Assembly (NCBI GenBank): GCA_964474445.1
Contig: CAYYSJ010000001.1
Span: 345,377 to 409,376, forward strand
From: an uncultured Gammaproteobacteria bacterium
Lineage (GTDB): Bacteria; Patescibacteriota; Microgenomatia; Levybacterales; UBA12049
DNA: 64,000 nucleotides
Direction of reading: 5' to 3'
Part shown: piece after piece, positions 1-8,532 of the stretch
Layout of the letters: every line of letters starts with the position of its first letter
Numbering within the stretch: the stretch's first letter is position 1
Program-made: the position numbers and the translations under genes
The notes under the pieces: model-generated
The model's input: only the letters and a program-made list of their open reading frames with translations
Databases searched by the model: none
Told to the model about the DNA's origin: nothing

Positions 1-1161
1 AAGCCCACCGGTTGGCAACTTTAATTTGATTGATTCTTTTGTAGGTAACGATTTTTTCACTACTGCAGTTGATGTTGCAACAGATGTCTGAGGAAGGGTA
101 ATAAAACTTGAACCGGTTGGCAGATTCTCTGTAGGAGGGGGGGCTGCAACAATCACTTCACTATTTTTTGCTATTTTCTTCTGAAGCGTATCAGGGAGTT
201 TTGTTTCGGCAAGACCAACGACTTGACCTTGGTTGGTCGTAACAACATTGACAACACGAACAGTTGCTAAAAATCGTTTTGCTGTTGACCCACTAAATGC
301 AAACAGAAGAAGAATACTAATACCAAGGACAGGAATCAGTATTTTTTTCTGCTTGAGAAAAACAAGCGCGAGAACTGCACCAATAAGATAGGCAGTAAAT
401 GATATTCGTGACGCTGTAAAAATAAGAAGCATCAATCCTGTCACAAAAAGCAACGCAACGCCTACTCTTGCAACAACTTTCTTGACTGCAACAAAAATTC
501 CAAGGAGCAAAGGTAAAACAACAACTAAATATGCTGCTAAATCATAATGGCCTCCAAATGTTGAGGTAATTCGTGCATCTTTTGGTAAGCACAGAGGTAT
601 TCCTTTTGCAAATTCTTCGTTTCCCGTTTGGAAAGATGGAAAACAGAACGCGTGATTTACAAAAAAATTAGGAAAAAAGCTCCATAGATCAAGGTAGAAT
701 TTCTGTCCAAATCCATAGAGAATAACCCCTGTGAGCGTTGCACAAAGCGCAATAATGTAATCCCGAACATCTTTGACACTTCTGATTGTTGAGAACGCGG
801 CAAAGAATAAAATCATGTACTCAATACGTCTGAAGTATTGTAGTGCTGCAACGTGAGGGAAAAAATTCGCTAAATGAGGAGCAATAAAAGCAAGGGAGAA
901 AAGAAGCGAACACAATCCAACAACCCAATACATCCCGATCGGTGCTCCCACAGGCCATGCCAACTTTACCTTTCGTCTCAAAAGTTGCACAATCCAAATG
1001 AGCACAACAGCTGCAATTAGAAAGTCTTCAAGACGGATATAGACCCATGTTCTGATAATATGAACACTCGGAAGCTTCGGATATAAAGCCGTAAAAATAA
1101 GAGTCACGATAACGGACCACTTCAGTAGCGCATTATCGACAAGCATCAAGAGCTTTTTCAT
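1..1161 (-). CDS. O-antigen ligase/polymerase-like (Wzy_C-type) polytopic membrane protein; partial, 3' end runs off the window, so it is absent from the ORF track
   Basis: My own minus-strand translation from ATG at 1161..1159 (MKKLLMLVDNALLKWSVIVTLIF...) stays open to position 1, about 387 codons. It has many hydrophobic helices. A large loop carries SRISFTAYLIG and TFGGHYDLAAYL motifs reminiscent of WaaL/Wzy_C proteins. It overlaps the stop of the GT2 gene on its 5' side by 29 nt; Met at 1146 is an alternative start. Confidence 0.5.
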   Translation of the reverse strand, partial: MKKLLMLVDNALLKWSVIVTLIFTALYPKLPSVHIIRTWVYIRLEDFLIAAVVLIWIVQLLRRKVKLAWPVGAPIGMYWVVGLCSLLFSLAFIAPHLANFFPHVAALQYFRRIEYMILFFAAFSTIRSVKDVRDYIIALCATLTGVILYGFGQKFYLDLWSFFPNFFVNHAFCFPSFQTGNEEFAKGIPLCLPKDARITSTFGGHYDLAAYLVVVLPLLLGIFVAVKKVVARVGVALLFVTGLMLLIFTASRISFTAYLIGAVLALVFLKQKKILIPVLGISILLLFAFSGSTAKRFLATVRVVNVVTTNQGQVVGLAETKLPDTLQKKIAKNSEVIVAAPPPTENLPTGSSFITLPQTSVATSTAVVKKSLPTKESIKLKLPTGGL

Positions 1162-2011
1162 AGGTAACAACAAAATACTCTTTGTTGAAGAGCTTTCCAT
1201 ATAGTATCAAAAGAATGGCCTTTGTTTGAAGTAGCAATTTTACAAGCATGTATTCCCAGAAGGATCGATGCTTTTTATAAAAATACAAGAGGTTCTTATA
1301 AATATTCACGATCGCAAATGTTCGGTTACTACTCCCTTGGTCTTTATGCAGTATACCATCTGTGGGGAAAAAGTATGACGAGTAGCCTGCTTTTTTTGCC
1401 CGGTAGCAAAGCTCCATGTCTTCTGTATACATAAAAATGTTTTCATCAAAACCTCCTAATTTTTCAAATACATTCTTTCGTATCATCAAAAGGGCTCCTT
1501 TTACCCAATCAACTTTTGCAATATCTTTTGGGTTTTTATCAACTCCCCCAAAACGCTGCATTCCCAAAAGTAGCAGAAATAAAGGAAATACCGTATAGAA
1601 CTTTCCTGCTGATGGCTGGGGGGTGCCATCGACATTTTTCAATTCTCCCCCTAAAATGGAAATCTCCTGATGTTCCTGCATATAGGAAACCATATCTTTA
1701 ATTCCCATACCAGTGATTGTTGTATCGTTATTTAGAAACAGAAGGTACTCACCTTTTGCATGCTTTGTACCAAGATTATTTCCTGCTCCAAAGCCATTAT
1801 TCTGTGGATTTTGGATAAATGAAAACCCTTTGTATTGCTTCACTGCTTTTTGCAAGATTTTTGCTGAATCATCTTCCGAATGATTATCAACAATGATATA
1901 CTCCCATGCTTTCTGGTCAAAATATGTTTTATACGTACTATACAAACTCTCCATTGATGCAACAGTTAAGTCAGGCTTTCGGAAATTAAGGGAAATAATG
2001 GAAAGTTTCAT
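1133..2011 (-). CDS. GT2 (GT-A fold) glycosyltransferase
   Basis: The track ORF is 1133..2038 with a TTG start. I prefer the internal ATG at 2011 (MKLSIISLNFRKPDLT...). Motifs seen: IVDNHSEDDS, a DxD-like TED, and the typical GT2 N-terminal beta-alpha-beta pattern. Stop TAA is at 1133-1135. Confidence 0.75.
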   Translation of the reverse strand: MKLSIISLNFRKPDLTVASMESLYSTYKTYFDQKAWEYIIVDNHSEDDSAKILQKAVKQYKGFSFIQNPQNNGFGAGNNLGTKHAKGEYLLFLNNDTTITGMGIKDMVSYMQEHQEISILGGELKNVDGTPQPSAGKFYTVFPLFLLLLGMQRFGGVDKNPKDIAKVDWVKGALLMIRKNVFEKLGGFDENIFMYTEDMELCYRAKKAGYSSYFFPTDGILHKDQGSSNRTFAIVNIYKNLLYFYKKHRSFWEYMLVKLLLQTKAILLILYGKLFNKEYFVVTYEKALDACR

Positions 2012-2012
2012 A

Positions 2013-2606
2013 TTATCTAAACAAGCGGGCACGGCCAAGATGGTAGGAGTAGGTAGTTACTTTCCGTTTGCTGATTTCTTTTGCAGGGACCCCTCCAACA
2101 ATAGAATTTTCTTCAACATCTTTTGTTACGACTGCTCCAGCTGCAACCACAGCACCTTTTTTAATATGGACTCCTGGCAAAATAATTGCCCGTGGACCAA
2201 TAAACACATAGTCATCAATGATAACTTCTCTTTCAATAGGCCTAAAATGTTCATCATTCACATCATGTTCTGCGTTATAGATCATGACTTCTGATGCTAT
2301 ATCCACATGATTGCCAATGTGCAAAAGTGACCTTCCATCAAGCACAGCATTTTCTCCAATAATCGTATCCTCTCCTATGCGAATATTTCGACTATCATAA
2401 AAGACTGCACCAGTATGGATCGTTGACCCTTTCCCAATTTTTACTCCTCCCAAACGATAAAAAAATCTGCGTACATGGTGAGAGGGGATGCATCCAACAT
2501 ACTTAAGCACCATCATTTCAAACTCTTGTTCAATGGCATCAATCCTTCGCACAACTTTTGTGAAAAACTCTGAAAATGTTAACGTCTTTCCTGTTCTATC
2601 TTTCAT
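2013..2606 (-). CDS. Left-handed beta-helix (hexapeptide-repeat) sugar O-/N-acetyltransferase
   Basis: Repeated [LIV]-G-x-x-x-x hexapeptides are present (IGKGSTIHTGAVF, IGEDTIIGENAVL, IGNHVDIASEVMI, IGPRAIILPGVHI). The protein is 197 aa and sits 1 nt from the start of the next gene. Confidence 0.75.
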   Translation of the reverse strand: MKDRTGKTLTFSEFFTKVVRRIDAIEQEFEMMVLKYVGCIPSHHVRRFFYRLGGVKIGKGSTIHTGAVFYDSRNIRIGEDTIIGENAVLDGRSLLHIGNHVDIASEVMIYNAEHDVNDEHFRPIEREVIIDDYVFIGPRAIILPGVHIKKGAVVAAGAVVTKDVEENSIVGGVPAKEISKRKVTTYSYHLGRARLFR

Positions 2607-2618
2607 ATCGAATGTAAA

Positions 2619-3746
2619 CTATTTCTTACTGCTTGCAAGTTCTTGCAAAATACCTAGAGTTTCCCTTGCTGCTTTCTCCCAAGAAAATTTTCTTATATGA
2701 TTGTATCCTTTTTTTACCATTTCTTCACGAAGAGAAGGACTACTCATCACTTTCTCCATTTTTTCAGCAATATCTTCAACACTCATCGGATCAACGTATA
2801 AGGCAGCATCCCCTCCTGCTTCTGGAAGACTACTCACATTACTCGTTATCACAGGACAACCATATTTCATGGCCTCAACAACCGGCAACCCAAATCCTTC
2901 ATATAAACTGGGCAACACATAACAAAGCGCATGCTTGTACAATGATGGTAAATCTTCATCACTGACAAAGTCTAAGAATTTTACAGAAGACTCCACCCCA
3001 AATTTTTTTGGAGCCTCAAGAATTGGTTCATATAACCACCCTTTTTTTCCTACAACAACAAGTTGCAGGTCTTTTTCTTTTCCACCTTTCTCTTTTACTT
3101 TCGAAAAAGCCTCAATAAGTCTTTCAATATTTTTCCTTGGCTGCAGTGTTCCAACAAAAAGAATGTAGTTTTCTTTTATTCCAAATGTTTCTTCCAATTC
3201 CTTTTGACTGAGTAGATGATCCATCATACTTTGCTTTATTCCAGGATACGTTACAACGATTTTTTTATCGGTAACCTGATACTCTTTGATTATATCATCA
3301 GCGGATGCCTTGCTAATAGTAAAAATGACTGAAGCATTTTTTACCGAGTACGCAGACCAATTGGTAAGTTGGTACAAATCTTTTTTGGCAAAAAGTTCTG
3401 GGAAATGAAGGTATGACAAATCCATGATAGAAATTGCCGTTGGTACTGGAGAAAATCTGGGGGCATAATGCGTTGGAGTAAAGAAAACATCCGGCCGTGG
3501 GAAGTGGGTAAAAAGGTAGAAAGGAAGTCCAATTTGCGTCCATAATTTCTTCGGTTTCACTATGACATACTTCCACCCTTCCCGCTCTTTTGGCATTTCA
3601 GGTCTGGGCAGTTCCTTTAAATAGATGTGAAATGTCACATGTGAAAGGTGAAATGCTTCAAACTTTTTTAACAGTTCGAAAGCATATTCTCCAATGCCTA
3701 CTTTTCTTTCAACATTTGCCTCATTTCCATCAATGCCAATAATCAT
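2619..3746 (-). CDS. GT4 (GT-B fold) glycosyltransferase
   Basis: Diagnostic C-terminal E-x7-E region is present (LYEGFGLPVVEAMKYGCPVITS). The N-terminal IGIDGNEA fold is also present. Confidence 0.8.
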   Translation of the reverse strand: MIIGIDGNEANVERKVGIGEYAFELLKKFEAFHLSHVTFHIYLKELPRPEMPKEREGWKYVIVKPKKLWTQIGLPFYLFTHFPRPDVFFTPTHYAPRFSPVPTAISIMDLSYLHFPELFAKKDLYQLTNWSAYSVKNASVIFTISKASADDIIKEYQVTDKKIVVTYPGIKQSMMDHLLSQKELEETFGIKENYILFVGTLQPRKNIERLIEAFSKVKEKGGKEKDLQLVVVGKKGWLYEPILEAPKKFGVESSVKFLDFVSDEDLPSLYKHALCYVLPSLYEGFGLPVVEAMKYGCPVITSNVSSLPEAGGDAALYVDPMSVEDIAEKMEKVMSSPSLREEMVKKGYNHIRKFSWEKAARETLGILQELASSKK

Positions 3747-3751
3747 AATAC

Positions 3752-4291
3752 TTACACTCCTGGATACACGACTTCTAATCTCTTTTCATCAATCCCCAGT
3801 ATTTCTTTTGCATCCTGTCTTGTTGCTTCTGAGATACAGAGGATTTTATCTACTTCTTTTTTCACCCACTGCAGACGTCGTTTGTGCACTGCGACAATTT
3901 TCTTTGCTGTTTCTTCGGGGTATTTGTACACAATCAAATCATAGAGAATGGTTACTTTTTTTGCTTTACTTGGAGGCTGCACCCAATCTGAAGAGACAAA
4001 GACATCGACATCACCTATCAACCACTCTATTGGCAAGACATGCAACTTATTCCAAAGAAAATCCAAAAAGGTCGGAGGGAATCTAAATGTTTTTATTTGA
4101 ATACGTGCATCAGCAGCAGTATGTAAAAATTGAAAATGAGAAATAGGAAGTTTTTTCCTTAGACTTGCATAGAACAAAACATAGGAATTGTCCTTATCTT
4201 CTTTCACTAAGGTTTCCACTAATTTACCCAAAAATGCGGCTACTCCAGTTTTCTCAAAAGCAAGCTGTGAAATATCAATGCCGATTCTCAT
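3752..4291 (-). CDS. Stand-alone GT4 N-terminal domain (179 aa) lacking the catalytic C-terminal domain. Either a gene remnant or a half-glycosyltransferase.
   Basis: MRIGIDISQL...CISEATRQDAKEILGIDEKRLEVVYPGV* aligns with the N-domains of the neighbouring GT4s, for example ISKASADDIIKEYQVTDKKIVVTYPGI in 2619..3746. The ORF ends exactly at the N/C domain boundary. The next GT4 starts 5 nt downstream. Confidence 0.55.
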   Translation of the reverse strand: MRIGIDISQLAFEKTGVAAFLGKLVETLVKEDKDNSYVLFYASLRKKLPISHFQFLHTAADARIQIKTFRFPPTFLDFLWNKLHVLPIEWLIGDVDVFVSSDWVQPPSKAKKVTILYDLIVYKYPEETAKKIVAVHKRRLQWVKKEVDKILCISEATRQDAKEILGIDEKRLEVVYPGV

Positions 4292-4502
4292 TCTTTACCC
4301 TCCACAATAATAATAGCGTACTCATTAGGAAAAATCCTGCTGCATACCAGACTAAGTGCTGGGCAGTAAAAAAGACCCAGAAGGCAAAAAGAGGTATTGA
4401 GAGAAGGATACAAAGAAGCCCTGCAATCGTAAAGTACGTTGGATTGTGCTTGTATAATAATCCGGCAAATACAAGAAGAAAAAGAATGTCTTGAAATTTC
4501 AT
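4275..4502 (-). CDS. Small hydrophobic membrane protein (75 aa, 2-3 TM); possible GtrA-like flippase partner
   Basis: Sequence: MKFQDILFLLVFAGLLY...LLCILLSIPLFAFWVFF...AAGFFLMSTLLLLW. It lies immediately downstream of the GtrB-like gene. It overlaps the next ORF by 17 nt. Confidence 0.45.
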   Translation of the reverse strand: MKFQDILFLLVFAGLLYKHNPTYFTIAGLLCILLSIPLFAFWVFFTAQHLVWYAAGFFLMSTLLLLWRVKNENRH

Positions 4503-4508
4503 AGAAGG

Positions 4509-5477
4509 TTATTGAATTGTTACATTTTCAGGCTGTTTTTTATCACTCCGATACTTTAAATGGAAATGCATCCTTTCCTCAATAGAACGTGGAGTGTGAG
4601 AAATATTGATAATCAAATCAGCCAAAAACCCAGTAATCAGTACCTGAAGCCCTGCTAGTAACAGCAAAATTCCTAAGAAAAAAAGAGGTCTTGTACCGAT
4701 AGAATGACCACTAAAATGTACCCCTGTTAAGTACAGGAGCACCAAAATACCAAGAGAAAAAAGTATTCCTCCTACCATGCCAAAAAAATGCAGTGGCCTC
4801 TTACTATACTTGGTAATAAAAAGCATAGTCATAATATCAGGCAAATCTTTCCACAGTTTAGAGAACCCATACTTTGATGTGCCATAAAGCCTTTTACTAT
4901 GTTCAACAGCAACCTCAGTTACCGTAAAACCTTGACCATAGGTAAGAAGTGGAATAAACCGGTGCATGCCACCATAAAGCCTTAAGCTTTTTGCCGCATC
5001 AGCAGTGTAAACCTTTAAGCCACAATTATAATCATGTAGATCAAGCCCCCAGAAGAATTTTGCTAACAGATTAAAAAGCTTTGAAGAAAGTACCTTTTTC
5101 AACGGATCTTTTCTGTCTTTTCTCCACCCGGAAACCAATTCATATCCTTCTTGTGCTTTTCTATGTAATTTCTCAATTTCCTCTGGCAAATCCTGTAAAT
5201 CAGCATCCAACGTTACAATATAGTCTCCTTTTGCCATCTGAAATCCAAGCGTCAAGCCTTCAGACTTTCCCTGGTTTTTACGGAAAGAGTAAATTTTTAC
5301 ATGCTTATCTTTTTTCTCAAACTGTTGCAAAAGAGAAAGTGTGTGGTCTGTTGACCCATCGTCAATAAAAATAATTTCATAAGCTTCTTTTAACTTTTCT
5401 GCAACTTTGGTGAGACGGGTATAAAAAGTAGGCAAACTCTCTTCTTCATTATAAGCTGGAATAACAAAACTAATCAT
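4509..5477 (-). CDS. GtrB/CsbB/DPM1-type polyprenyl-phosphate sugar synthase (GT2 with two C-terminal TM helices)
   Basis: The GT-A core motifs are present: SFVIPAYNEEESL, IFIDDGSTDHT, LDADLQDLPEE. Two hydrophobic helices follow (FFGMVGGILFSLGILVLLYL, LFFLGILLLLAGLQVLITGFL), as is typical of the Und-P-sugar synthase family. Confidence 0.8.
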   Translation of the reverse strand: MISFVIPAYNEEESLPTFYTRLTKVAEKLKEAYEIIFIDDGSTDHTLSLLQQFEKKDKHVKIYSFRKNQGKSEGLTLGFQMAKGDYIVTLDADLQDLPEEIEKLHRKAQEGYELVSGWRKDRKDPLKKVLSSKLFNLLAKFFWGLDLHDYNCGLKVYTADAAKSLRLYGGMHRFIPLLTYGQGFTVTEVAVEHSKRLYGTSKYGFSKLWKDLPDIMTMLFITKYSKRPLHFFGMVGGILFSLGILVLLYLTGVHFSGHSIGTRPLFFLGILLLLAGLQVLITGFLADLIINISHTPRSIEERMHFHLKYRSDKKQPENVTIQ

Positions 5478-5597
5478 ACGTTTAACTTACACAAGCATTC
5501 TTAATTCTTAAATAAATCTTGAATCGTATATGTTCTCTTCTATTCTACCATTTTTGTACCTTGAAACCAAACACGAGGAGATTTCTTTCGTTACTTG

Positions 5598-7550
5598 CTA
5601 TAAACCGCTAATTGAAGTAATTGTTGCAGATGTGGAGCCACTATTTGTATTTACACCAACCCAAACAGCAACTCTTGTGTTAGCATTAATACCACTTACT
5701 ACACCATTTTTAAGATCTGAAAAACTATGGTTTTTTCCATCAGAAATAAGATAAAACAGAGAGGATCCAGTAACAACGTCTGTTCCGCTCTGAGAAGTTG
5801 GACCTAGACCATAGGTATCGCCATTTAATCCTGTCATAACGCCATTTGAATTCCATGCAAAAAATTCATTATCATTGTTTACGTCAAACCATAAGTTTAG
5901 TCCAAAGGGACTACCGCTACCATTTACTGTAAAGTTAGGCAAGTTGCCCAACGCTCCTTTATATAAGACAAATCCTGAATCAGCATAGCCAATGGCATTG
6001 TTAACACTAACAGTGACACTCCCATTACTATTTTTTGTTTGTGTAGCAACTCCTGATGAAAAAGGGCTGGTAGACCTAATAAAGTTCGTCCCATCATTAA
6101 TTGTGTAGTAGGTAATTTTATTCTGCAAAAGACTTTGAAAAGGGTAATACGCTGCTAATCCTGACTCTGTACCAATTAATTCTTGATTATAATTAGTACT
6201 AATTTGTGTTCCTGTTCTCACAACATTCCATATTCGTATATCATCCATTTTTGCATCAATAAATCTCATTACTTGGTGGTTAAAATAGAGAGCACCAATA
6301 AGCGGATGTTGCACACTTTCATAGGATAAGGTAATTGGAGCGGTAATCATACCATCAGACGAGCCATCACGGTAGAATTTAACGATTGTCCCATCAAAAG
6401 TAACAGCATAGTGATGCCATGAGCCAGTGGTAGGTGATGTGGTAGCTGCTACATTAATACTGGAACTGGAAGTTTGCACATAAAAACGCATCTTTCCATT
6501 ATCTCCATCATAGAAGACCTCCCACCCTAATCCATTCGTATCACCTAAATTACTTACAAGTGCTGGGTAATTACCAGGCCCAGGCAAACTATTAAACTTA
6601 GCCCAAAATTCAACGGTAATATTTGGCGACGGCTTCCATGCAGAATTGTCTGTTGTATTTAAATATTGGGAAGAAGCGCCTGACAAATTTACAGCTTCTG
6701 ATAAGCCAGTAAAAGGAAAGTCCGTTGTCCACTCTGTTGCTCCATGATTTGTAAGATTATTTCCATTAGTTGATTTATCCCCTAAATCCCACTTGGGTTG
6801 AGGTAAATTTTCAAAAGGATAATATGCTGCTAACCCGTCTTCGGTTCCTGTTAATTCTACACTTTTACTATCATTAATTTGTGCTCCTGTTCTCACAACA
6901 TTCCATATTCGCACATCATCAATCTTTGCATCAATAAATCGAGTTACAGTACCTCCAAAATAAATTGCACCAATAAGTGGGTTTTGCCCGCTTTCATAGG
7001 CCATTGTAATTGGAGCATTAACACTCCCATCAGCAGAACCATCTAGATAGAATTTCACGGTTGTTCCATCAAAAGTAACTGCATAATGATGCCAAACTCC
7101 TGTAGTAACTGTGGTATTTGCGGCAACGTTTATACTAGATCCTAATCGCTGCACATAAAAATGAATCTTTCCATCATCCCCACTATAAAAGTAATCCCAA
7201 CCCAAGCCATTCATTCCACTCAAATTGCTTACTAAAACAGGATAATTACCCGATCCTGGAAGACTGTTAAACTTCGCCCAGAGTTCAATAGTAATATTTG
7301 GTGTTGGTTTCCAGGCAGAGTTATCAGAAACACTTATGTACTGAGACGAAACTGCAGATAAATTAACAGCTTCTGATGAAGTGACAAAAGGAGTATCAGT
7401 TGTGACTTCTGTTGCACCATGATTTGTGAGGTTGTTTCCATTAGGCGATTTATCGCCTAAATCAAACGAAGCAAATACATGAGTCGTGGAGATAGATATA
7501 AAAAGGAAGAGAAAAATAAACGAGGAAAAAATCTGAATAAATTTTTTCAT
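5598..7550 (-). CDS. Secreted protein with two tandem ~225-aa LamG/ConA-like (laminin-G_3 type) jelly-roll domains plus an S/T/G/N-rich C-terminal region
   Basis: A signal peptide is visible (MKKFIQIFSSFIFLFLFISISTTHVFA|S). Each repeat contains WAKFNSLPG...HHYAVTFDG...FY.DGS...FIDAK.DD.RIWN. Many N-x-S/T sequons are present. The gene is flanked by the two largest ordinary intergenic gaps. Confidence 0.65.
   Translation of the reverse strand: MKKFIQIFSSFIFLFLFISISTTHVFASFDLGDKSPNGNNLTNHGATEVTTDTPFVTSSEAVNLSAVSSQYISVSDNSAWKPTPNITIELWAKFNSLPGSGNYPVLVSNLSGMNGLGWDYFYSGDDGKIHFYVQRLGSSINVAANTTVTTGVWHHYAVTFDGTTVKFYLDGSADGSVNAPITMAYESGQNPLIGAIYFGGTVTRFIDAKIDDVRIWNVVRTGAQINDSKSVELTGTEDGLAAYYPFENLPQPKWDLGDKSTNGNNLTNHGATEWTTDFPFTGLSEAVNLSGASSQYLNTTDNSAWKPSPNITVEFWAKFNSLPGPGNYPALVSNLGDTNGLGWEVFYDGDNGKMRFYVQTSSSSINVAATTSPTTGSWHHYAVTFDGTIVKFYRDGSSDGMITAPITLSYESVQHPLIGALYFNHQVMRFIDAKMDDIRIWNVVRTGTQISTNYNQELIGTESGLAAYYPFQSLLQNKITYYTINDGTNFIRSTSPFSSGVATQTKNSNGSVTVSVNNAIGYADSGFVLYKGALGNLPNFTVNGSGSPFGLNLWFDVNNDNEFFAWNSNGVMTGLNGDTYGLGPTSQSGTDVVTGSSLFYLISDGKNHSFSDLKNGVVSGINANTRVAVWVGVNTNSGSTSATITSISGL
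6111..7466 (-). repeat. Intragenic tandem duplication, 2 units of about 675 nt, encoding the two LamG domains
   Basis: The nucleotide repeat is visible directly. For example, cctgttctcacaacattccatattcg occurs at 6211 and at 6886 with similar flanking sequence. The two protein repeat units are visibly similar, with scattered substitutions. Confidence 0.8.
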
Positions 7551-7570
7551 GGAAAGCTTATCTTAATTTA

Positions 7571-7598
7571 AGCATAACAGTAAGAATTATCTTGTCAA
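7571..7598 (-). promoter_or_regulatory. Candidate sigma70-like promoter for the LamG gene (TTGACA-N16-TATGCT)
   Basis: The minus strand reads TTGACAagataattcttactgtTATGCT about 20 nt upstream of the ATG at 7550. It is the only good -35/-10 pair in the 151-nt gap. The call rests on sequence match only. Confidence 0.3.
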
Positions 7599-7624
7599 GG
7601 AGTATTTTTACTTCAGACAAGATA
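7588..7624. promoter_or_regulatory. 9-bp inverted repeat (tatcttgtc...gacaagata) with 19-nt spacer; either a hairpin/terminator for the 7702..8532 gene or an operator overlapping the -35 box of the LamG promoter
   Basis: tatcttgtc at 7588-7596 is the exact reverse complement of gacaagata at 7616-7624. One arm contains the TTGACA hexamer. Confidence 0.3.
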
Positions 7625-7701
7625 TAACCAAAGACACATGACAGAAATTAAAGAGCTCTACTAGTCAAAAGACTGAAATAGAAGATGAAGCTAACATCAT
7701 A

Positions 7702-8532
7702 TTATTTTTTCCGCATAAATAGTACTGCTAGTGTAAAAACAAGAATTACTAAACTTATCCCACTCACCCATACCCCTTTATCCACCCACTCTTGTGGCTG
7801 ATAATAGACACGAAGAGTATATGATCCATTTTGGGGTAAAACAAAACTATTTAATGATTTTTCAAAAGGTTGGGAAGTAATGAGTATTTTGCCTAGAGAA
7901 GCTTTCCACCCACTATCAAAACTCTCCGCAAAAACTATTCTATCGCCTTTTTGTACATTTTTTACGCTCACGTTATATCTTGTTGGATTAATAAATTTGT
8001 AAGAAAGAGTTAGTTGGCCTTCCATCCAGAAACGACCTTTTGGATTACTTACTTCAAAAACGTGAATTCTCCCAAACCCTGGAATCTCATGTAGCCAGGA
8101 AATTTGTCTTACTGCATCAAGTGTTTTCTGATATGTAAACTCATCATACTTTCTATCTTTCAGGAAAAGTTCTCCTTCACTATCAAAAGGGATTATGACA
8201 TACTTTACACTTCTCTCTTGAAGTAGCTTTTCAGCGCCATCTTTTTCTAGGTTATCCAAAACTCCTGAAATGCTTGAGACATGATAATAGTCCTGTGCTG
8301 GAATAGCAGGATTGTTACTGGTAAAAAAACTAAACCTCTGGAAATTAGGTATCCAAAGACTTCGAGAAAATGAATCATGAGATGAAAGATATCTTTCTAA
8401 TTTTTTATAATCATTTGGTATAGTATGGGGCTTGAAAGTACCTCCCAATTTTCCCATTAAAGCAAAGCGTACAGGCCACAAAAGTAGTATTACAATGCTA
8501 AAAATAAAAATAAAATTAAGTATTTTTTTCAT
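7702..8532 (-). CDS. Membrane-anchored extracytoplasmic domain protein homologous to the C-terminal domain of YfhO-like GT-C proteins; appears to be a separately encoded half of a split GT-C
   Basis: It has an N-terminal signal anchor (FIFIFSIVILLLWPV) and a C-terminal TM (VWVSGISLVILVFTLAVLF). RIVFAESFDSGWKASLGK...YYQPQEW matches LLFISDQFYPGWKAFMDGQ...SYQPTSF of 54770..57139. Start and stop overlap the next gene as ATGA. Confidence 0.6.
   Translation of the reverse strand: MKKILNFIFIFSIVILLLWPVRFALMGKLGGTFKPHTIPNDYKKLERYLSSHDSFSRSLWIPNFQRFSFFTSNNPAIPAQDYYHVSSISGVLDNLEKDGAEKLLQERSVKYVIIPFDSEGELFLKDRKYDEFTYQKTLDAVRQISWLHEIPGFGRIHVFEVSNPKGRFWMEGQLTLSYKFINPTRYNVSVKNVQKGDRIVFAESFDSGWKASLGKILITSQPFEKSLNSFVLPQNGSYTLRVYYQPQEWVDKGVWVSGISLVILVFTLAVLFMRKK

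Noticed and set aside
5530-5754. 74-aa plus-strand ORF at the 3' end of the LamG gene
   Set aside because: It overlaps the LamG stop region and has no features. The intergenic part, 5478-5597, is better explained as the terminator and promoter space between the LamG gene and the GtrB-like gene.
5598-7550. Possibility that the variable tandem LamG repeats are a diversity-generating retroelement target
   Set aside because: There is no reverse-transcriptase ORF, no template or variable repeat pair with adenine-specific differences nearby, and LamG is not the usual C-type-lectin or Ig target fold. An ordinary tandem duplication is sufficient.
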